Sequence record: DRR378314_2133
Length of the DNA stretch: 45,449 nt
Strand: one strand, 5' to 3'
Shown: piece by piece, positions 39,245-45,449 of the stretch
Position numbering within the stretch: position 1 is the first letter of the stretch
Layout: each line of letters starts with the position of its first letter
The notes under the pieces: model-generated
Seen by the model: the letters and a program-made list of their open reading frames with translations, nothing else
Databases searched by the model: none
Told to the model about the DNA's origin: nothing
Made by a program: the position numbers and the translations under genes

Positions 39245-39292
39245 AAAAGGTTTTATATAACAAGGTGCTAACTTTGTTATATATAACCTTTT
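39245..39292. other. 22-bp inverted repeat/hairpin 29 nt upstream of glmS
   Basis: AAAAGGTTTTATATAACAAGGT-gcta-ACTTTGTTATATATAACCTTTT, with one mismatch and one G-U pair. Confidence 0.7.
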
Positions 39293-39321
39293 GTTAATTA
39301 CTAACCATTAAACTTTAAAAT

Positions 39322-41169
39322 ATGTGTGGAATCGTAGGATATATTGGGTATAGGGATGCTTATCCCATTATTATAAAAGGACTTCAACGTTTAGAGTACA
39401 GAGGCTATGACAGTGCGGGTATAGCCTTGTATGACGGCAACGAAATAAACCTATCCAAGACCAAGGGGAAGGTAGAGGATCTAAATAATAAGGCCAAAAG
39501 TACCATTTCCTTAGAGGGTAAACTGGGCATAGGCCATACAAGATGGGCAACACACGGTGTCCCAAATGATGTTAATTCACATCCACATTATTCCAATTCC
39601 GGAGATTTGGTAATTATCCATAATGGGATTATAGAGAATTATGATGCTATAAAGAAGGAATTAACAAAAAGGGGCTATACTTTTTCTTCAGAAACCGATA
39701 CGGAAGTATTGGTAAACCTTATAGAGGAAGTAAAGCGCAAGGAAGGGGTAAAGCTTGGTAAGGCTGTGCAGATTGCTTTGAATGAGGTGGTCGGGGCCTA
39801 TGCCATTGCAGTTTTTGACAAGCAAAAACCAGATGAAATAGTAGTAGCCAAATTAGGTAGTCCGTTGGCCATAGGTGTAGGGGAGAACGAATTTTTTATT
39901 GCCTCCGATGCATCGCCTTTTATAGAATTCACCAACAATGCCATTTATTTGGAAGATGAGGAAATGGCGGTCATTAGATTGGGGAAGGAAATTAAATTGA
40001 GAAAAATAAAAAACGATGCCATTGCCTATCCTTCTATCCAAGAATTGGCACTTAATCTTGAGGAAATTGAAAAGGGCGGTTTTGATCACTTTATGTTAAA
40101 GGAGATTTACGAACAGCCTAGGGCTATTTTGGATACCTATCGTGGCCGACTTAGGGCTAAGGAAGGGATTATCAAAATGGCGGGCGTAGATGATAATCTG
40201 GAAAAGTTCCTGAATGCCAATCGTATTATTATTGTGGCCTGTGGGACTTCTTGGCATGCCGGATTGGTGGCAGAATATATTTTTGAAGATTTGGCCAGGA
40301 TTCCTGTAGAAGTGGAATACGCTTCAGAGTTCCGCTATAGAAACCCGGTCATAACCGATAAGGATGTTCTTATTGCCATTTCCCAATCTGGGGAAACGGC
40401 AGACACACTGGCGGCCATTAAACTGGCCAAGGAAAAGGGGGCCTTTGTATTTGGAGTCTGTAATGTTGTTGGTTCCTCCATAGCTAGGGAAACCGATGCT
40501 GGTGCCTATACCCATGCCGGGCCCGAAATTGGGGTGGCCTCGACCAAGGCATTTACAACACAAATAACGGTACTCACCCTTTTGGCATTAAAATTGGCGA
40601 AGGAAAAGGGAGTATTTGATAATAGGAGATTCCATGAGCACTTGAGCGAATTGGAAAATATTCCTTCCAAGGTTGAAAAGGCTTTGCTTTCCAATCCATT
40701 GGTAGAAATAATATCCAATGTTTATAAAGATTCCACGAACTGCCTTTATTTGGGAAGGGGGTACAATTTTCCGGTTGCTTTGGAAGGTGCTTTGAAATTA
40801 AAGGAAATTAGTTACATACATGCCGAGGGCTATCCTGCGGCGGAAATGAAGCACGGGCCCATTGCCCTTATAGATGAACATATGCCCGTAGTGGTTATTG
40901 CAACCAATAAGGGGCATTATGAAAAGGTGGTAAGTAATATACAGGAGATTAAATCTAGAAAAGGCAAAATTATTGCTGTAGTTACAGAGGGCGACGTTCA
41001 GGTTAAGGAACTGGCGGACCATGTCATTGAAATCCCGGAAACCTTGGAGAGTTTAACGCCTCTATTGACTACTATTCCGCTTCAGTTATTATCGTATCAC
41101 ATTGCGGTAATGAGAGGCTGTAATGTAGATCAGCCCCGTAACTTGGCCAAGTCGGTTACGGTGGAATAG
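39322..41169 (+). CDS. glmS: Glutamine--fructose-6-phosphate aminotransferase (isomerizing)
   Basis: N-terminal MCGIVG, LEYRGYDSAG, GHTRWATHG, SQSGETAD, ASTKAF, EMKHGP, PRNLAKSVTVE. Confidence 0.98.
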   Translation: MCGIVGYIGYRDAYPIIIKGLQRLEYRGYDSAGIALYDGNEINLSKTKGKVEDLNNKAKSTISLEGKLGIGHTRWATHGVPNDVNSHPHYSNSGDLVIIHNGIIENYDAIKKELTKRGYTFSSETDTEVLVNLIEEVKRKEGVKLGKAVQIALNEVVGAYAIAVFDKQKPDEIVVAKLGSPLAIGVGENEFFIASDASPFIEFTNNAIYLEDEEMAVIRLGKEIKLRKIKNDAIAYPSIQELALNLEEIEKGGFDHFMLKEIYEQPRAILDTYRGRLRAKEGIIKMAGVDDNLEKFLNANRIIIVACGTSWHAGLVAEYIFEDLARIPVEVEYASEFRYRNPVITDKDVLIAISQSGETADTLAAIKLAKEKGAFVFGVCNVVGSSIARETDAGAYTHAGPEIGVASTKAFTTQITVLTLLALKLAKEKGVFDNRRFHEHLSELENIPSKVEKALLSNPLVEIISNVYKDSTNCLYLGRGYNFPVALEGALKLKEISYIHAEGYPAAEMKHGPIALIDEHMPVVVIATNKGHYEKVVSNIQEIKSRKGKIIAVVTEGDVQVKELADHVIEIPETLESLTPLLTTIPLQLLSYHIAVMRGCNVDQPRNLAKSVTVE

Positions 41170-41190
41170 ATTCCTTCTTAATAAAACTAT

Positions 41191-41248
41191 AATGACATCC
41201 ATAGATGATGGCCAAAAAAGGCTGTTATTTATGGATGTCATTTTTTTT
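41191..41248 (+). terminator. Intrinsic terminator of glmS (long stem)
   Basis: 23-bp stem 41191-41213/41220-41242 with 4 G-U pairs, an A6 loop and a following T8 tract. Confidence 0.85.
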
Positions 41249-41415
41249 CGACTAATATTTTGTCAAATTTTTATTAAAAAATGTTAAATTTTGAGTAAAA
41301 AATACTATGCATGCATAATTTATTTGATTTTCTTATTGTCAAATTGAAATTTAGTGTATATTGGCTATTAGATGGTATCTTACCAATAACTAATACTAAT
41401 TTAACTCAAAACTTT

Positions 41416-44226
41416 ATGAGATCAACTCTTCTATTATTCTTTTTCATGTTTGGAATGTTGGCGCATTCACAAACGACAATTAAAGGGAATGTGGTGGACC
41501 AGAACAATGACCCGGTGCCAGGAGCCAATGTTGTAATTATGGGCAAAGCCATCGGTACAGTAACCGATTTTGATGGTAATTTTATTTTGAACACTAGTGA
41601 AGCCCCCCCTTTTACCTTAAATATAACTAGTATTGGTTTTGTAGCTTCTACAGCCAATATTACCCAAAGCAATCAGACTATTTCGATTGTTTTAAACGAA
41701 GAGCAGACTAGTTTGGATGAGGTCGTAATTTCTGCCTCCAGAACACCTGAGCGTATATTTGAATCCCCGGTTACGGTTGAAAGATTTGGGCTTAGGGACA
41801 TACAGAATACCGCCTCGGCCGATTTCTATGATGGCTTGGAGAATTTAAAGGGTGTGGACATCAATACCAATAGTTTAACTTTTAAGGCAATTAACACAAG
41901 GGGGTTTGCCACGTTTGCCAATACTCGATTCATGCAATTGGTAGATGGAATGGACAACTCCACCCCGGCCCTTAACTTCCCGATGGGTAACTTGATTGGG
42001 ATGATAGAGACGGATGTTCTAAGTGTAGAATTGCTTCCGGGCGCATCTTCCGCCCTATATGGTGCCAATGCCTTTAACGGAATACTATTTATGCGCAGTA
42101 AAAATCCTTTTGATTATACTGGGATAAGTGGCTATGCCAAAAGGGGTATTACCTCACAGGAGGCCGCGGGGGATAATGCCTACACCGATTTCGGTATCCG
42201 GGCCGCCCATAAATTTAGCGATAAGTTTGCCGGAAAAGTCAATTTCTCCTATTTAAGGGGAACAGATTGGGCTGCAAATAATGAAATGGGAAAATTAGGT
42301 GGCGGAGCTACTAGGGCTTCAACCGATTATGACGGTATAAACGTATATGGTGACGAAGTTTCCGAAAATATGCAGGTAGTGGCAGCTTCAATGGTTGATG
42401 CTGGTCTTCTAAATCCGGCCGCAGTATCGTTGATTCCTTCACAAGTAGTAAGTAGGACCGGATATAATGAAGGGGATCTTACGGATTATAAGGCGGAAAG
42501 TATAAAGGCGGATTGGGGTCTGTATTATCGTCCTTTTGCCGATGATTTTGAAATAGCCTATGTAGGAAAAGTGGGGAAAGGAAATACCATTTATCAAGGA
42601 ACAAATAGGTACAATATTGATGGGTTTTTTATGCAACAGCATAAATTGGAAATTAGAAATGACAACTTCTTTATCAGGGGTTATTTAAATGAGGACAAAG
42701 CTGGAGGTTCCTATGATATGGTGTTTACTGGCGTAAATGTCAATGAAATTTGGAAGGATAGGAACACATGGTTCGGACAATATGTGGGTACCTACGTGGG
42801 AGCCGTTTCCCAAAATGTTCCTTCTGAACAAGCCCATATTCTGGCCAGACAGGCTGCCGACACAGGTCGTTACCTTCCAGGTACCCCAGAATTTGAAAGT
42901 GCATTTAATAAGGTAATCAATGATCCCGATCTAACAAAGGGGTCCAAGTTCCAGGATAATTCCAAGTTTTATCATGCGGATGCCAATTATAATTTTAGTC
43001 ATTTGATCAATTTTGCGGAAATTCAATTGGGCGGATCTTACAGGCAATACCGACTAAATTCTTCTGGAACTATCTATACTGATGCAGATGGACCTATCAC
43101 TTATTCTGAATATGGTCTTTATACCCAGGTACAAAAGAAATTTATGGAAGATGACCGTTTAAAACTAACTGCTTCCTTGCGTTATGATAAATCAGAATTG
43201 TTCGATGGGTTTTTCTCTCCAAGGGTGTCTTTGGGATATACGGCGGGTGAAAGTGGAAATCATAACTTTAGGGCATCCTATCAGACAGGGTTTAGAAACC
43301 CTACCACTCAGGATTTATATATTGGGTTGAATGCGGGTAGGGGTATTCTTGTGGGTAGTGCCCCGGATAACCCGGCAAGGGATGTTAGGCCTTTTGACCT
43401 AAGTCCAACAGGAACCGCCATTACGGGAAGTCCGACCATTGAATTTAGTGGGGAAGGGGTATACAACAACTCTTTTACGGCAAGTTCGGCTACTGCTTTT
43501 TCCCAAAGTCAAAACCCAGCAGACTTGCAAATTGCCAACCCAGATTTGGTGAAGCCCGAGCAAGTAACTTCTTATGAAGTTGGGTATCGTGGTAAATTGA
43601 ACAAGGTAACTTTAGATGTTAGTGCCTATTACAGTGCCTATAAAGATTTCTTGTCTGGTGAGAACGTGGTTGTGCCTTTTTACGGTGACGTTCAACTTAC
43701 TCAGACTGTACCAACTCCTGGAGGTCCATTACCTGCTGCTATTGTGGCATTGGCCAGTGGCGATTGGCAAGGATATCAGTCTTATACCAATACGGATGCC
43801 AATGTAAATTCCTATGGAGCGGCCCTTGGCGTTGAGATGAAAATTTGGGGCAATTATGATCTGGGAATGAATTACACCTATGCCAAACTGGATTTTAATC
43901 AAGCGGATGATCCTGATTTTGTAACCAACTTTAATACCCCGGAACATAAGGTAAAGGCTAGTTTTGGTAATACGGCGCTATTCAAGAATTTTGGGTTTAA
44001 CGTTGCCTGGAGATGGAGCGATACTTATTTATGGGAAGCTACTTTCGGGAACGGCCAAATTCCTGCCTATCACGTAGTGGATGCACAAATAAGCTATAAT
44101 GCACCAAGTATAAAATCAGCCTTTAAACTAGGGGCCTCCAATGTATTGGGAGATGAGTATTACACGGCCTTTGGTACTGGATATATTGGTTCCCAATATT
44201 ATGTTTCCTGGACCATTAACCCATAA
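41416..44226 (+). CDS. TonB-dependent receptor (non-SusC type)
   Basis: Signal peptide from ATG 41416 (41311 is a probable over-extension); PVPGANV..TDFDGNF N-domain; LDEVVISASR; plug NTRGF..VELLPGASSALYGANAFNG; C-terminal beta-strand. Confidence 0.92.
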   Translation: MRSTLLLFFFMFGMLAHSQTTIKGNVVDQNNDPVPGANVVIMGKAIGTVTDFDGNFILNTSEAPPFTLNITSIGFVASTANITQSNQTISIVLNEEQTSLDEVVISASRTPERIFESPVTVERFGLRDIQNTASADFYDGLENLKGVDINTNSLTFKAINTRGFATFANTRFMQLVDGMDNSTPALNFPMGNLIGMIETDVLSVELLPGASSALYGANAFNGILFMRSKNPFDYTGISGYAKRGITSQEAAGDNAYTDFGIRAAHKFSDKFAGKVNFSYLRGTDWAANNEMGKLGGGATRASTDYDGINVYGDEVSENMQVVAASMVDAGLLNPAAVSLIPSQVVSRTGYNEGDLTDYKAESIKADWGLYYRPFADDFEIAYVGKVGKGNTIYQGTNRYNIDGFFMQQHKLEIRNDNFFIRGYLNEDKAGGSYDMVFTGVNVNEIWKDRNTWFGQYVGTYVGAVSQNVPSEQAHILARQAADTGRYLPGTPEFESAFNKVINDPDLTKGSKFQDNSKFYHADANYNFSHLINFAEIQLGGSYRQYRLNSSGTIYTDADGPITYSEYGLYTQVQKKFMEDDRLKLTASLRYDKSELFDGFFSPRVSLGYTAGESGNHNFRASYQTGFRNPTTQDLYIGLNAGRGILVGSAPDNPARDVRPFDLSPTGTAITGSPTIEFSGEGVYNNSFTASSATAFSQSQNPADLQIANPDLVKPEQVTSYEVGYRGKLNKVTLDVSAYYSAYKDFLSGENVVVPFYGDVQLTQTVPTPGGPLPAAIVALASGDWQGYQSYTNTDANVNSYGAALGVEMKIWGNYDLGMNYTYAKLDFNQADDPDFVTNFNTPEHKVKASFGNTALFKNFGFNVAWRWSDTYLWEATFGNGQIPAYHVVDAQISYNAPSIKSAFKLGASNVLGDEYYTAFGTGYIGSQYYVSWTINP

Positions 44227-44257
44227 ACATGCTCCATTAACTATAAATATTTAAACT

Positions 44258-44290
44258 AAAAATGGCGTCAAAATAATTGGCGCCATTTTT
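44258..44290 (+). terminator. Intrinsic terminator of the TBDR (possibly bidirectional)
   Basis: AAAAATGGCGTCAA-aataa-TTGGCGCCATTTTT hairpin with one U-G pair. Confidence 0.8.
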
Positions 44291-44338
44291 CTTGGTAAAA
44301 AAAGGGAAAAGTAGTTTCCATTTTAAGAATGGAAAACA

Positions 44339-44346
44339 TATCTTTG
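44339..44346 (+). promoter_or_regulatory. -7 promoter element for atpD
   Basis: TATCTTTG(CA) about 75 nt upstream of the atpD ATG. Confidence 0.7.
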
Positions 44347-44402
44347 CAGCCTTAAAAACAAAGCGGTATGTATCCCTGTTTTTATTTTAAAGATAACAGT
44401 AA

Positions 44403-45449
<1,047 letters not shown>

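Noticed and set aside
39194-39321. glmS ribozyme
   Set aside because: The region is short and AT-rich with no recognisable ribozyme core; only a simple hairpin is present
41311-41415. Longer N-terminus for the last TBDR
   Set aside because: The signal peptide and A-rich initiation context fit ATG 41416

Overview
This is a gene-dense, AT-rich chromosomal segment from a Bacteroidota bacterium, very likely Flavobacteriaceae. The evidence is TAnnTTTG promoter boxes, A-rich starts without Shine-Dalgarno sequences, a eukaryote-like GlyQS, DUF4270/DUF5689-type lipoproteins and four TonB-dependent receptors (TBDRs). Most genes are core: pgi, glyQS, xth, radA, panD, panC, glmS and the 5' part of atpD, which runs off the window end and is missing from the ORF track. 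No rRNA, tRNA, CRISPR array, IS element, integrase or phage gene was recognised. The best candidate system lies at about 5.0-14.3 kb. There, a secreted EEP-family nuclease is divergent from a SusD-less TBDR and a DUF5689/lamin-tail lipoprotein, with a second related TBDR nearby that shares upstream motifs; this suggests an extracellular nucleic-acid scavenging locus. Other oddities are an M23 peptidase with HxC instead of HxH, an esterase-fold protein with Asp at the nucleophile position, a half glycogen synthase lacking KxGG, a cytochrome c fused to FG-GAP repeats, probable leaderless glyQS and panD mRNAs, and a long hairpin just upstream of glmS. All family calls come from reading motifs by eye; no searches were run.
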